A DNA stretch of 36,058 bases from a virus (lineage: Duplodnaviria; Caudoviricetes). Under the pieces are notes generated by a model, which saw only the letters and a program-made list of their open reading frames with translations, did no database searches and was not told the origin of the DNA. Positions 25,221 to 34,994 of this stretch are shown in pieces. The translations under genes were made by a program, and so were the position numbers. The stretch is taken from positions 1 to 36,058 of the IMG/VR virus record IMGVR_UViG_3300016662_000121; one strand, 5' to 3'. Numbering within the stretch: position 1 is the first letter of the stretch; each line of letters starts with the position of its first letter.

Positions 25221-26442
25221 CCGTTTGTTGCCGGCATCCTTTCGCGGTGTCGGTTTCTGGATCGACCAGGCGAAAACCCCGGTCGGCCGCAAGGGGCAGT
25301 TGCACGAATACCCGCAACGCGACCTGCCGTTTTTCGAGGATCTCGGCCAGCAGGCCAAGACCCACGACCTGACGGCGTTCATCATCGGTGCCGATTGCCT
25401 GGAGCAGCGCGACAAGCTGCTCCAGGCCCTGGAGCAGGGCAGCGGCGAGCTGGTGCATCCGTGGCTGGGGCGCTTGCAGGTCAAGGTCGGCGAGTGCGAC
25501 ATGACCCACACCCGCCAGGACGGCGGGATGGTGACCTTCACCCTGAAGTTCTACCCGGACCGGCCGCTGCCGTTTCCGACGGCGACGGTCAGCACGCAAA
25601 AAGTCCTGCTGATCAAGGCCGACGGTTTGCTCGGGTCGGCAGTGGCGCGCTTCGAACAGGCGATGACCCTGATCAAGGCGGCGCGGATCGGCATCGCCAA
25701 CCTGCGCAACAGCCTCACCGGTGTGTACGACGTGATCAAGGAGCAGCTCAAGCCGCTGATCGCGCAATACAAGCAGATCACCGAACTGGTCAGGGCCGTC
25801 AAGGAACTGCCCAAGGAGGTGGCGGCGGAGTTCAAGGGCTTGCTCGGCGATATCAAGGAGCTGAAGGCGTTCGCGAAGGAGGGCTACCGTGGCGTGATTG
25901 CCGACGTGTCCCAACAGATTGAAGCCATCCGCAAGGCCGACGCACCGAAAATCACCACCGGCAAGGACACTACGGCTGCGGCGCAGGCCCTGGCCAATCT
26001 GGTGCAGGACACCCTGATCGTCAAAGCGGCGCAATGGGTAGCCTCGATGCCGGTGGCCTCGACGCCGGTGAAACTGTCGTCGACGCCTTCGCTGGATCAG
26101 CAGTCGAAACAGCCGGTCAGCCGTCAGGAAGTACCGGTCACCGATGACCTGCAAGCGTTGCAAAAAGAGCTGATCGACGCGCTGCAAAAGGCCCAGGACA
26201 AGGCCGATCCCGCGCACTACCAGGCCATCGCCGATGTGAAGGAAGCGCTGATCGCGCACCTCAAGGCTGTGGCTTCGTCCGGTGTGCGGCTGGTCAGCAA
26301 AACCTTCCAGGAAACCTTTCCGGCGCTGGTCGTGGCCTACAAGCAGTTTGGCGATGCCACTCGGGTGACCGAGGTCATTCAGCGCAACGGTCTGTCTCAT
26401 CCGAGCTTCTCACCCAACGAAGTCAAGGTTTCCAGGGAGTGA
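25207..26442 (+). CDS. Mu gpN-like 'DNA circularisation' / tube-initiator protein
   Basis: WRDRLLPASFRGV, HEYPQRD, GELVHPWLG, C-terminal PALVVAY...RNG..HP. Confidence 0.9.
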   Translation: MNWRDRLLPASFRGVGFWIDQAKTPVGRKGQLHEYPQRDLPFFEDLGQQAKTHDLTAFIIGADCLEQRDKLLQALEQGSGELVHPWLGRLQVKVGECDMTHTRQDGGMVTFTLKFYPDRPLPFPTATVSTQKVLLIKADGLLGSAVARFEQAMTLIKAARIGIANLRNSLTGVYDVIKEQLKPLIAQYKQITELVRAVKELPKEVAAEFKGLLGDIKELKAFAKEGYRGVIADVSQQIEAIRKADAPKITTGKDTTAAAQALANLVQDTLIVKAAQWVASMPVASTPVKLSSTPSLDQQSKQPVSRQEVPVTDDLQALQKELIDALQKAQDKADPAHYQAIADVKEALIAHLKAVASSGVRLVSKTFQETFPALVVAYKQFGDATRVTEVIQRNGLSHPSFSPNEVKVSRE

Positions 26443-26445
26443 GTC

Positions 26446-27489
26446 ATGAACGAGACTGACAACCGCGTGACGCTGACCGTCAACAGCATGGAATACGGCG
26501 GCTGGAAAAGCGTGGAAATCACCGCGGACCTGGAGCGCCAGTTCCGCACCTTCAAACTCGACATCACCTGGCAATGGCCAGGGCAGACCGTGGATCAGCG
26601 GATCAAGGCCGGCGACCCGTGCGAAGTGCGGATCGGCCAGGATCTGGTGCTCACCGGTTATGTGTTCAAGGCCCCGATCAGTTATGACGGGCGGCAGATC
26701 AGCCTGAGCATCGAAGGCAGTTCCAAGACCCAGGATCTGGTGGATTGTGCGGCGCGAAACATCCCTGGCCAATGGCAGGATCAATCGCTGTTGAACATCG
26801 TCCAGGCCCTGGCCGGGGAATACTCGCAGTTTGTGGTCAACGAAATTCCCGAGACTGCACGTCTGAGCAAACACACGATCGTCCCGGGTGAAACGGTGTT
26901 TCAGTCGATCGATCGTCTGCTCTCGCTGTACCGGGTGTTCTCCACCGATGACGCCGAAGGCCGGCTGGTCCTCGCCAAACCCGGCAGTGCTGGCCGCGCC
27001 AGTGACGCGCTGGAACTGGGCAAGAACATTCTTTCGGCCAATGCGCCGATGGATTTCAGCCAGGTGTTTTCCGAGTACCGGGTGATCGGTCAGCAGAAGG
27101 GCAACGACAAGAAGAGCGGGGCGGCGGTCAGCGAAGTTGAATCGACGGCGGCCGACCTGAGCTTCAAGCGTCGGCGCACCACGATCATCAACGAAGGCTC
27201 GCAACTGACGTTCGAACTGGCCCAGCAACGGGCGCAATGGGAAAGCGCGACGCGTATGGGCCGTGCTCTGACCACTACCTATCAGGTACAGGGCTGGCGT
27301 CAGTCCAACGGAGACCTGTGGCGTCACAACACCCTGGTGCGGGTCAAGGATCCGGTGCTTGGCTTCGATGAAGACATGCTGATTTCCAAGGTGACGTATT
27401 CGCTGTCGGCGCAAGGTTCGGTGACCACCCTGCAAGTGGCGCCGCCGCACACCTTCGACGCGAACCCGACTCCCCCGAAAAAAACCTGA
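26446..27489 (+). CDS. Baseplate hub (Mu gpP-like)
   Basis: YGGWKSVEI, SKTQDLVDCAA, PGETVF, VQGWRQ..G.LW. Confidence 0.9.
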   Translation: MNETDNRVTLTVNSMEYGGWKSVEITADLERQFRTFKLDITWQWPGQTVDQRIKAGDPCEVRIGQDLVLTGYVFKAPISYDGRQISLSIEGSSKTQDLVDCAARNIPGQWQDQSLLNIVQALAGEYSQFVVNEIPETARLSKHTIVPGETVFQSIDRLLSLYRVFSTDDAEGRLVLAKPGSAGRASDALELGKNILSANAPMDFSQVFSEYRVIGQQKGNDKKSGAAVSEVESTAADLSFKRRRTTIINEGSQLTFELAQQRAQWESATRMGRALTTTYQVQGWRQSNGDLWRHNTLVRVKDPVLGFDEDMLISKVTYSLSAQGSVTTLQVAPPHTFDANPTPPKKT

Positions 27490-27518
27490 GCCCGACACCG
27501 CTCTCCAAGGAAACCCCT

Positions 27519-28028
27519 ATGAGCCTACTGACACGCCTGCTGGCGCGCGGCACTGTCGTGCTCGCCAGTTCGGCCTCCAAGCTGCAATCGCTGCAAATGC
27601 GCCTCACCGCCGGTGAAGTGAACGACGACATGGAGCACTTCGAACCCTACGGGTTCACCAGCCATCCGCTGGCCGGTGCCGAAGGCGTCGTCACCTTTCT
27701 CGGCGGCGACCGTTCCCACGCCATCGCGCTGGTGGTCGCTGACCGCCGTTATCGCCTGCAATCGCTGGCGGCCGGCGAAGTGGCGATCTACACCGACGAA
27801 GGCGACAAGATCCACTTCAAGCGCGGGCGGATCATCGACATCGAAACCGCCACGCTGAATATCCGCGCCAGTACGGCGGTGAACTTCGACACGCCGGTGA
27901 TCAACCAGACCGGCAAGATCGTTTCCAAGGGCGATCAGCTGGCCGGCGGCATCAGTCAGATCAAGCACGTGCATGGCGGCGTGCAGGGCGGCAGTGGCCA
28001 GACCGGCGTGCCGGCGGGAGGTCAGTGA
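27519..28028 (+). CDS. Baseplate spike (Mu gp45-like)
   Basis: EHFEPYGFTS, GGDRSH, DRRYR, C-terminal HVH metal motif. Confidence 0.9.
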   Translation: MSLLTRLLARGTVVLASSASKLQSLQMRLTAGEVNDDMEHFEPYGFTSHPLAGAEGVVTFLGGDRSHAIALVVADRRYRLQSLAAGEVAIYTDEGDKIHFKRGRIIDIETATLNIRASTAVNFDTPVINQTGKIVSKGDQLAGGISQIKHVHGGVQGGSGQTGVPAGGQ

Positions 28029-28426
28029 TGCTTTTCAGCCAGAACCTTCACGCCGCGCTGACTCGTTCAGTGCTGATCAGCCTGTTCACCTGGCGCCGCG
28101 CCGCCGACGACGATGCCCTCGATGACGAGGAGCGTTACGGCTGGTGGGGCGACACCTTTCCCACCGTGGCCGACGACCGCATCGGCTCGCGGCTGTGGCT
28201 GCTACGGCGGGTCAAACTGACCCGGCAGACCCAGATGGACGCCGAGTTCTATGCCCGCGAAGCCCTGCAATGGCTGATCGACGACGGCCATTGCAGCGCC
28301 ATCGACATCATCAGCGAACGCCTCGACGCCCAGCGCCTTAACCTGCGTACGGTCCTGACCCTGGCCGACGGCGAACGCCTGGACATCAACCCCGATAACA
28401 GTTGGCAGGTGATCTATGCCGTTTGA
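28028..28426 (+). CDS. Mu gp46-like baseplate protein
   Basis: ISLFTWRRA, GWWGD, GSRLWLL.R, YAREALQWLIDDG. Confidence 0.9.
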   Translation: MLFSQNLHAALTRSVLISLFTWRRAADDDALDDEERYGWWGDTFPTVADDRIGSRLWLLRRVKLTRQTQMDAEFYAREALQWLIDDGHCSAIDIISERLDAQRLNLRTVLTLADGERLDINPDNSWQVIYAV

Positions 28427-29462
28427 AACCCCTTCGCTGCCGGTGCTGATCAAGCGCACCCAAAGCGACCTGGCCGGCGATTCGCTGCGCCAGTCCGATG
28501 CGCAAGTCCTGGCCCGCACTGTCGGTGGTGCCGCTTACGGTCTGTATGGCTACCTTGACTGGATTGCCGAGCAGATCCTGCCCGACACCGCCGACGAATC
28601 GACTCTGGAACGCATCGCCGCGCTGCGCCTGAACCAGCCGCGCAAACCGGCGCAAGTCGCCACCGGCAGCGTCAGTTTTACCGCGACCGCGGGCGCGGTG
28701 CTGGACGTTGATACGCTGCTGCAATCGAGCGATGGCCGTACCTACAAAGTCACCACCGCGCGCACCACCGTCAATGGCAGCAACACCACCACCCTCGCGG
28801 CGCTGGAGGCCGGCAGCCTCGGCAATGCCGACGCCGGACTGGCGCTGACCCCGGTGCAGCCGATCACCGGCGTGGTCGGCAACAGCTTTATCGTGCTGGC
28901 GCCAGGCCTCAGCGGCGGCGTGGCACGGGAGAGTCTGGAATCGTTGCGCTCGCGGGTGATTCGTTCCTATCGCGTCATCCCCCACGGCGGTTCGGCCAGC
29001 GACTACGAAACCTGGGCGCTGGAAGTGCCGGGCGTAACTCGCGCCTGGTGCCGAGGCGGCCTGCTCGGCCCGGGCACGGTGACGGTGTTCATCATGCGTG
29101 ATGAAGATCCGCAACCGGTGCCCAATGACGAGCAACTGGCGGAGGTTCAGGACTACATCGAACCACTGCGACCGGTGACGGCGGAAGTGCATGTACAGCG
29201 ACCGATTCAAGTGCCGGTGGTGTACCGCTTCAAGAGCGTCAATCCGGACACCACCGCCGTGCGCGCCGCCGTTGAAGCGCAGCTGCGCGACCTGCACAAC
29301 CGTGAAGCCGATCTCGGCGTGCCGTTGCTGATCAGCCATATCCGCGAAGCCATCAGCAGCGCCGGTGGTGAGTACGATCACACCTTGACCGCGCCGGCCG
29401 CTGACGTGCCTGCCGGTCAAAGCGAACTGCTCACCTTCGGAGGTTGCGTATGGGGGGCATAA
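28416..29462 (+). CDS. Baseplate J / Mu gp47-like protein
   Basis: QILPDTAD, GGSASDYETWALEVPGVTRAW, RPVTA. Confidence 0.9.
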   Translation: MPFETPSLPVLIKRTQSDLAGDSLRQSDAQVLARTVGGAAYGLYGYLDWIAEQILPDTADESTLERIAALRLNQPRKPAQVATGSVSFTATAGAVLDVDTLLQSSDGRTYKVTTARTTVNGSNTTTLAALEAGSLGNADAGLALTPVQPITGVVGNSFIVLAPGLSGGVARESLESLRSRVIRSYRVIPHGGSASDYETWALEVPGVTRAWCRGGLLGPGTVTVFIMRDEDPQPVPNDEQLAEVQDYIEPLRPVTAEVHVQRPIQVPVVYRFKSVNPDTTAVRAAVEAQLRDLHNREADLGVPLLISHIREAISSAGGEYDHTLTAPAADVPAGQSELLTFGGCVWGA

Positions 29463-30049
29463 GAACCGCTGCGCAATATCAGGCGCAGCTTCGCGCACTG
29501 CTGCCCAGCGGCCCGGCGTGGGACCCGGAGCGGGTGCCGGAACTCGATGAAGTGCTGCAAGGCGTTGCCGTCGAACTGGCGCGTCTCGATGCCCGCGCCG
29601 CCGACCTGCTCAACGAGATGGACCCGGCCGGCGTCAGCGAACTGGTGCCGGACTGGGAACAGGTGATGAACCTGCCCGATCCGTGCCTCGGCGCCACACC
29701 GCTGTTCGACGACCGTCGCCTCGCCGTGCGCCGCCGCTTGCTCGCGGTTGGCAGTCAGGCCGTCGGCTACTACCTGGAAATCGCCAAAAGCCAGGGTTAC
29801 CCCAACGCCACCATCACCGAACTCGAAGCCCCGCGCATGGGCCGCTCGCGCTTTGGCGCGGCGCATTGGGGCACCTGGGAAGCGCAGTTCATGTGGACGC
29901 TGAACACCGGCGGCCGGCTGCTGCTCGGCCGGCGTTTCGGCGCGAGTTACTGGGGCGAGCGCTTCGGCGTTAATCCGGGCTCGGCGCTTGAATGCCTGAT
30001 CCATAGAGCGGCGCCGGCGCATACCAAGGTGCACATCAATTATGACTAG
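29450..30049 (+). CDS. Mu gp48 / YmfQ-like baseplate protein
   Basis: LLPSGPAW, DWEQVMNLPD, LEC....APAHT. Confidence 0.88.
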   Translation: MGGIRTAAQYQAQLRALLPSGPAWDPERVPELDEVLQGVAVELARLDARAADLLNEMDPAGVSELVPDWEQVMNLPDPCLGATPLFDDRRLAVRRRLLAVGSQAVGYYLEIAKSQGYPNATITELEAPRMGRSRFGAAHWGTWEAQFMWTLNTGGRLLLGRRFGASYWGERFGVNPGSALECLIHRAAPAHTKVHINYD

Positions 30050-30060
30050 GGAATAACGCA

Positions 30061-31212
30061 ATGGATTATCCGAAGAGTGTGCCCAGCGCCGGTCTGGTGA
30101 ATGGGAAATTTATCGATGAAAACCCGCTGACCGGAACGCCGGGATCGTTGATCCCGGCTGACTGGGGCAACGGCGTCACGCAAGAAATCATCAATGTGAT
30201 CAAGGCCGGGGATCTGACCCCGGACGAGAAGAAATACGATCAGTTGTTGCAGGCGATTCAGAGCGTTTCGGCCAAGGGCTGGAATCTGGATACGGCATTG
30301 CCGATCGGTGCCTTGCCGCTACCGACGGTCGCAAGTGCTGACGGACGCTTGCCAATTACCGCGACTGCGCTATCGACCAGTGGCGGCCGGGTGTCGATTC
30401 CTGCGGGTGTTCTCGTCAGCCTGGGTCAGGAAGTGCTGGCCGGGCAGTTGGGGCGTTCGCGCACCTTTACCACCCAACTCTGGAGCAGTAGCGATCTGCT
30501 GCCCAACGCCGGCTATTTCCTGCGTGCACAGGTGGTCGGTGGCGTGCTGACGTTCTACATGCAACAAGGCCTGCCTAATGATGCGACTCCCGACAGCCTG
30601 AAGGGGACGGCCAATGGTTCCTCCGGTGGCGGTTTTCCTTCGACGTCAATGGATATTTGTCTGGCCTGGGTTGTCACGGCAGCGCCGGGCTCTGTGCCAG
30701 TAATCAGAGCTATTTACAACCGAAGCCGCTTGTCGTGGACGAAAACGCTCAATGGCAACGGTGTGATTTATCTTCCACTGGATCCGCATGCCCGGGCCGC
30801 AAGGCTGATCTTCGGCAACCCGACGCCTTCGTCGACTGCGGTTTCCGCGCTGGCCTTTGCGGCAAGCGACTGGATTGGCGGCAACTACAGTCTGCTTTGC
30901 CCCACCAGTACCACCGTAGCCAGTGAGTACAGAGGATGGAGCAGTGCCATGCCCTGCATCATCAACACCAACAACGTGATCAATGATGTGACCGTTACGA
31001 CGCTTACTGCCAGTTTCGACCATACCCAGTTGCGCTCGCTCTGGCAGTCGTATCAGGCAGAACACCTGCTTGGCGCGACAACTTCGGAGAGCGATGAATT
31101 GCTGTTCAGTATGGGGATCAAAAACCATCCCGTGACAGATTATGCGACCGGTATAGGGATCAACTTCACTGCCGCAGTCAATATCAATCTCACATGGGAG
31201 TTGATCAGATGA
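30061..31212 (+). CDS. Tailocin 2 tail fibre A
   Basis: MDYPKSVPSAGLV...PGSLIPADWGNGVTQEI anchor; follows the gp48-like gene. Confidence 0.85.
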   Translation: MDYPKSVPSAGLVNGKFIDENPLTGTPGSLIPADWGNGVTQEIINVIKAGDLTPDEKKYDQLLQAIQSVSAKGWNLDTALPIGALPLPTVASADGRLPITATALSTSGGRVSIPAGVLVSLGQEVLAGQLGRSRTFTTQLWSSSDLLPNAGYFLRAQVVGGVLTFYMQQGLPNDATPDSLKGTANGSSGGGFPSTSMDICLAWVVTAAPGSVPVIRAIYNRSRLSWTKTLNGNGVIYLPLDPHARAARLIFGNPTPSSTAVSALAFAASDWIGGNYSLLCPTSTTVASEYRGWSSAMPCIINTNNVINDVTVTTLTASFDHTQLRSLWQSYQAEHLLGATTSESDELLFSMGIKNHPVTDYATGIGINFTAAVNINLTWELIR

Positions 31213-31724
31213 AAATCATTCACGAGCTGCACCATTTTCCGGACGGCCTTCGGCCCGTGCCGCCCTCACTTGCTCATGTGTGGGATGGCGAAACCTGGAG
31301 ACTGGACGCGGAGAAAGCGGCACTGCTGGATCAGCAGGTTACAGAACGCCTCTGCAATAACGTCGATGCTGCTGCCGATAAGGCTCGCATTACGTTGGCC
31401 GGCGATCCTCTTAAAGCGATGGAATACGCCCAGGCTGCTGCCGACGCACAGGCCTATCAAGATGCCGGTTACCCGAAAAAAGAGGTGCCGTTGTCTATTG
31501 CTGCCTGGGTCGCCAAGGGGCGCTCTGCGAAACAGGCTGCCGAGCAGATACTTGGTAAAGCTGACCAGCTCACCGATCACCTGTTGACCCTGCGCACCTT
31601 GCGCCTGAAGGCCAAGACCCGGATCCGTTCTTACGCCAGCAAAAGCCAGATGGAGCAGGCCCGCGCTGCTGCTGACGAGGCGCTGCTGGCCATTCGTGGA
31701 CTGACGGACAACACCAACCCGTAG
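31209..31724 (+). CDS. Chaperone / accessory protein of fibre A
   Basis: ATGA overlap with fibre A; HVWDGETW, VDAAADKAR, EYAQA. Confidence 0.7.
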   Translation: MKIIHELHHFPDGLRPVPPSLAHVWDGETWRLDAEKAALLDQQVTERLCNNVDAAADKARITLAGDPLKAMEYAQAAADAQAYQDAGYPKKEVPLSIAAWVAKGRSAKQAAEQILGKADQLTDHLLTLRTLRLKAKTRIRSYASKSQMEQARAAADEALLAIRGLTDNTNP

Positions 31725-31742
31725 TCGCGTCCTGCCTCACCC

Positions 31743-31773
31743 AAGCCCACGTCACCGTGGGCTTTTTTATTTT
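31743..31773 (+). terminator. Intrinsic terminator after the fibre A module
   Basis: AAGCCCAC-gtcacc-GTGGGCTT+TTTTATTTT. Confidence 0.8.
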
Positions 31774-31854
31774 CAGGAACAGAAGCGTTTGCGCTGCTGC
31801 GAAAACCTTCGCGCTGCCACGTTTCATTTGTCATGACAGAGGAACGAATATCCC

Positions 31855-32949
31855 ATGGATTATCCAAAAAGCGTCCCCAGCGTCGGCCTGGTCGACGGCC
31901 GCTTCGTCGATGAAAACCCGGTGGCAGGCACGCCGGGTTCTTTGATTCCGGCGGTGTGGGGCAACAGCGTTACACAAGAAATTCTCAACGTGATCACGGG
32001 CGCTGGAATGACGGCCAACGAGGCGGATACCGGCCAGTTGTTCAAAGCCATTCAATCGATCATCGGTGCCGCCAGCCCAATGCGTTCGGTGGTGACACGG
32101 CTTGCCGCTTCGAAGGCACTGAGTGATCAGGAACTCGGTCTGGTATTGATCGATGGCAGCCCCGGTGCCACGACGATCACCTTGCCCGGCGCCACTGTTG
32201 GACTGGGTGTGCGCGACGTGATTGTTCGTCGTGTCGACAACGGCGGCAATCGAATGGTGGTGCAGGCATCCGGAACCGACCGGATCCGTTTTCACACGCA
32301 TTTGTCTGCGAGCGGTTACCCGTTTCTGGTGCTGATGGGCGGCGGTGACTGGTGGCATTTGCGCAGCGACGGCGCTGGCAGTTGGTGGCCCGTCGGTCGC
32401 TTCGACAACACCCCCCTTGGCCGGCCGTTTTTCGAGACGACCATGTCGCTCAGCCCCGGTGGTTACGGTGCGCTCAACGGCACGGTCATGAAGCGTACCG
32501 AGTGGCCGTGGCTGTGGGATCACGCCCAGCTCTCCGGAATGCTGGGTACTGAAGCGGCGCGAGCCGGCAACGAAGGTAAATGGACCTCGGGCGACGGCGC
32601 GGCGACCTTCCGTGGCCCGGAAGGGCGAGGCGAGTTTCTGCGGGTGCTGGACGAGGGCCGGGGCGTGGATGCGGCACGGGCCATGGGCTCCTTTCAGGTG
32701 GGCTCGACGCATTCGTATGCCATGGGCGCCAATGGTGCCGGTGCGGTGGGCGCGTGGTGGTCGGACAGCCTGACGAGTTTCGGTGCCGATACTCGTGAAG
32801 AACCGCAATACGTGTCCGGGCTGTACAACGGTGGCCCTGTCTTCCCTGCCGGTACGAGTTATCAGCGGGATGCCGCCAACGCCCTGTTGCTGGCATTCAA
32901 ATCCCGCCCGCGCAACATCGCCTATCCCGGCCGTATCAAACTCATCTGA
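31855..32949 (+). CDS. Tailocin 2 tail fibre B
   Basis: Same MDYPKSVPS anchor; collar-like GEFLRVLDEGRGVD; terminal RPRNIAY. Confidence 0.85.
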   Translation: MDYPKSVPSVGLVDGRFVDENPVAGTPGSLIPAVWGNSVTQEILNVITGAGMTANEADTGQLFKAIQSIIGAASPMRSVVTRLAASKALSDQELGLVLIDGSPGATTITLPGATVGLGVRDVIVRRVDNGGNRMVVQASGTDRIRFHTHLSASGYPFLVLMGGGDWWHLRSDGAGSWWPVGRFDNTPLGRPFFETTMSLSPGGYGALNGTVMKRTEWPWLWDHAQLSGMLGTEAARAGNEGKWTSGDGAATFRGPEGRGEFLRVLDEGRGVDAARAMGSFQVGSTHSYAMGANGAGAVGAWWSDSLTSFGADTREEPQYVSGLYNGGPVFPAGTSYQRDAANALLLAFKSRPRNIAYPGRIKLI

Positions 32950-32956
32950 GGTGCCT

Positions 32957-33523
32957 ATGTTCAATTATCTGTTTGATGGCTCGGGCGCCTTGTCCGGACC
33001 TGTCGAGTTTTTCGTGACGCCAGGTATCGGTATTCAACTGCCCAGTAATGCGGTCCAGTTGTCGTTCGAATTGCCTGAACTGGAAAGCGGTCACGCCTGG
33101 GCGTTGATCAATGGAGTACCGCGAGAAGTGATTGACCGACGTGGGCTGGTCTATCGCAAGGACGGCGGCGCGCAACAGATCTGGAATGAGTTGGGCGAGT
33201 TGCCCGATACCCTGACGGCGCAAGCCTGGCCCGGAGAGTTCCATGTGTGGCGCGACAACGCCTGGCAACTGGATGCGCAAGTCCGTCTGGCCAGTATCAG
33301 CCAACAGGCTCGGGAGAAACGCGACGCGCTGCTGCGTGACGCTGTCCTGCGCATCGCCCCCCTGCAGTACGCCGAAGACATCGGCGATGCCAGCCATGAG
33401 GAGCAACTCCAGTTGCTCGAATGGAAGCTCTACAGCGTCGAGCTGAACCGTATCGAAAAACAGACTGGTTTCCCCGAGGAAATCACCTGGCCCGTTGTGC
33501 CCGGCACAGCGGTGAACATCTGA
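32957..33523 (+). CDS. Tail fibre assembly protein (Tfa) of fibre B
   Basis: IAPLQYAEDIG.A..EE...L.EWK.Y...L.RI....FP..I.WP; GAGG RBS before ATG 32957. Confidence 0.85.
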   Translation: MFNYLFDGSGALSGPVEFFVTPGIGIQLPSNAVQLSFELPELESGHAWALINGVPREVIDRRGLVYRKDGGAQQIWNELGELPDTLTAQAWPGEFHVWRDNAWQLDAQVRLASISQQAREKRDALLRDAVLRIAPLQYAEDIGDASHEEQLQLLEWKLYSVELNRIEKQTGFPEEITWPVVPGTAVNI

Positions 33524-33545
33524 TTTCCACACAGGGAGAAGTGCA

Positions 33546-34433
33546 ATGGACTATCCAAACAGCGTCCCGAGCGCCGGCCTGGTCAATGGCCGGTTTGTTG
33601 ATGAAGACCTGATTACAGGTAAACCGGGATCGTTGATTCCAGCCAGTTGGGGCAACGGTGTTACACAGGAAATTCTGGGTGTTGTGCGTGCCGGCGGCCT
33701 GACGCCAAGCGAGGCGTCAAATACTCAATTGCTGGGAGCTCTTCGCAGTTCTCAACTGTTCCAGACGGCTGCGCCATTCGATGTCAGTCGTTCGGCGGCG
33801 ACATCCGAGTTTGTCCAGCGCGCACTTGGCAACTACGCCGGCGCGCGCGGTGTGTCTGCAGCCACGCAACTGACGGCCGCCGATATCGGGTGTTCAATCG
33901 GCCTGGGCGGCAACTCGGCATACACGGTGACCTTGCCGGACATCCTCAATTTGCCCAACGGCGCGACGATCGGCTTTCACTGTCGCAGCAACGCAGCGAT
34001 CACCATTGCCTGCATGGGCAACACGCAAATAAGTCCGCAAGGCGCCTATCTGAGCTCGATTGTGATGAACAGCGGCGAGAGTGCCAACGTTGTCAAAGAA
34101 AACGGTATCTGGACGGTTTACGGCACGGCCAGTCTGAAATATGCCCCACTGATTTCCGGCCTGGTGGCCAATCCCGGTTATCAAAAGCACCTCAGTGGGA
34201 ATATCGATCAGTGGGGCTCAGGTATGTCGAATGCCGGCGGGAATGTCGTGGTGACGTTTCCGATCTCGTTTCCCAGGGGATTCTTTTCGCTCGTGGCCAC
34301 TCACGCCGGAGGTGATGCAGCGATGCTCGCGTTGATTGCAGTCAACCAACAGGGCTGCACGCTGAGAATCCGTGACGCGGCCGGCAGCCTCGCCGCCAAT
34401 TGTTCCGTGAGCTATTTTGCAAAGGGCTATTGA
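33546..34433 (+). CDS. Tailocin 2 tail fibre C
   Basis: MDYPNSVPS anchor; ATSEFVQRALGN; C-terminal GYQK...QWG...FPISFP domain. Confidence 0.85.
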   Translation: MDYPNSVPSAGLVNGRFVDEDLITGKPGSLIPASWGNGVTQEILGVVRAGGLTPSEASNTQLLGALRSSQLFQTAAPFDVSRSAATSEFVQRALGNYAGARGVSAATQLTAADIGCSIGLGGNSAYTVTLPDILNLPNGATIGFHCRSNAAITIACMGNTQISPQGAYLSSIVMNSGESANVVKENGIWTVYGTASLKYAPLISGLVANPGYQKHLSGNIDQWGSGMSNAGGNVVVTFPISFPRGFFSLVATHAGGDAAMLALIAVNQQGCTLRIRDAAGSLAANCSVSYFAKGY

Positions 34434-34880
34434 ATGAACCCCTTCAACGTGTTGTTCAGCGCCAGTACCCGGGGCGCCTATGTACCGGGTATCAATTCGT
34501 CGGATATTCCCGATGATGTCATCGAAATTCCTCAGGCCTATTGGACTTCGCTCCTGCAAGAGTTGGCAGTCACTCCGAAGGTGATTGGCGTGCGGGCCGA
34601 TAACGGTTTTCCGATCCTGGTTGATCCGCCACCTCCGACGGCGGATGAAGCGGCGGATATCGAGCGTCGCTGGCGAACCGCACAACTGGCAGCCACCGAT
34701 GGCCTGGTGGCCCGCGACCGCGATGAGCTGGAGGACGGCGGCGGCACCACGCTGACCACCGAGCAATATGCCGAACTGCAAGCGTTTCGGCGCGCGCTGC
34801 GGGACTGGCCACAGGCTTCGTTTTTCCCGTTCAGCGAGCATCGTCCGGTGGCGCCGCGCTGGTTGGCAACGGCACTTTGA
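34434..34880 (+). CDS. Chaperone of fibre C
   Basis: IPDDVIEI, ERRWR, RALRDWPQ..FFP; homologous to 12866-13288. Confidence 0.85.
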   Translation: MNPFNVLFSASTRGAYVPGINSSDIPDDVIEIPQAYWTSLLQELAVTPKVIGVRADNGFPILVDPPPPTADEAADIERRWRTAQLAATDGLVARDRDELEDGGGTTLTTEQYAELQAFRRALRDWPQASFFPFSEHRPVAPRWLATAL

Positions 34881-34994
34881 GTCCGCTGTATTTCACAAGG
34901 ATGCTGGCGCGGAAAACTCCGGAAAGAAATGGCTGGCAGGCCCTGGTCTCCAGTCATGCTTCAATCGCAGCACATCCAGGGAGGATCAAGCATT

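Noticed and set aside
25207-26442. 'DNA circularisation' protein as evidence for DNA delivery
   Set aside because: It is a standard structural component of Mu-type tails, and there is no head or packaging machinery
7270-30061. Long minus-strand ORFs (e.g. 9157-11004, 13406-14692, 18699-20315, 20498-22342, 25162-26400)
   Set aside because: All mirror well-supported plus-strand tail genes and have shadow-type composition
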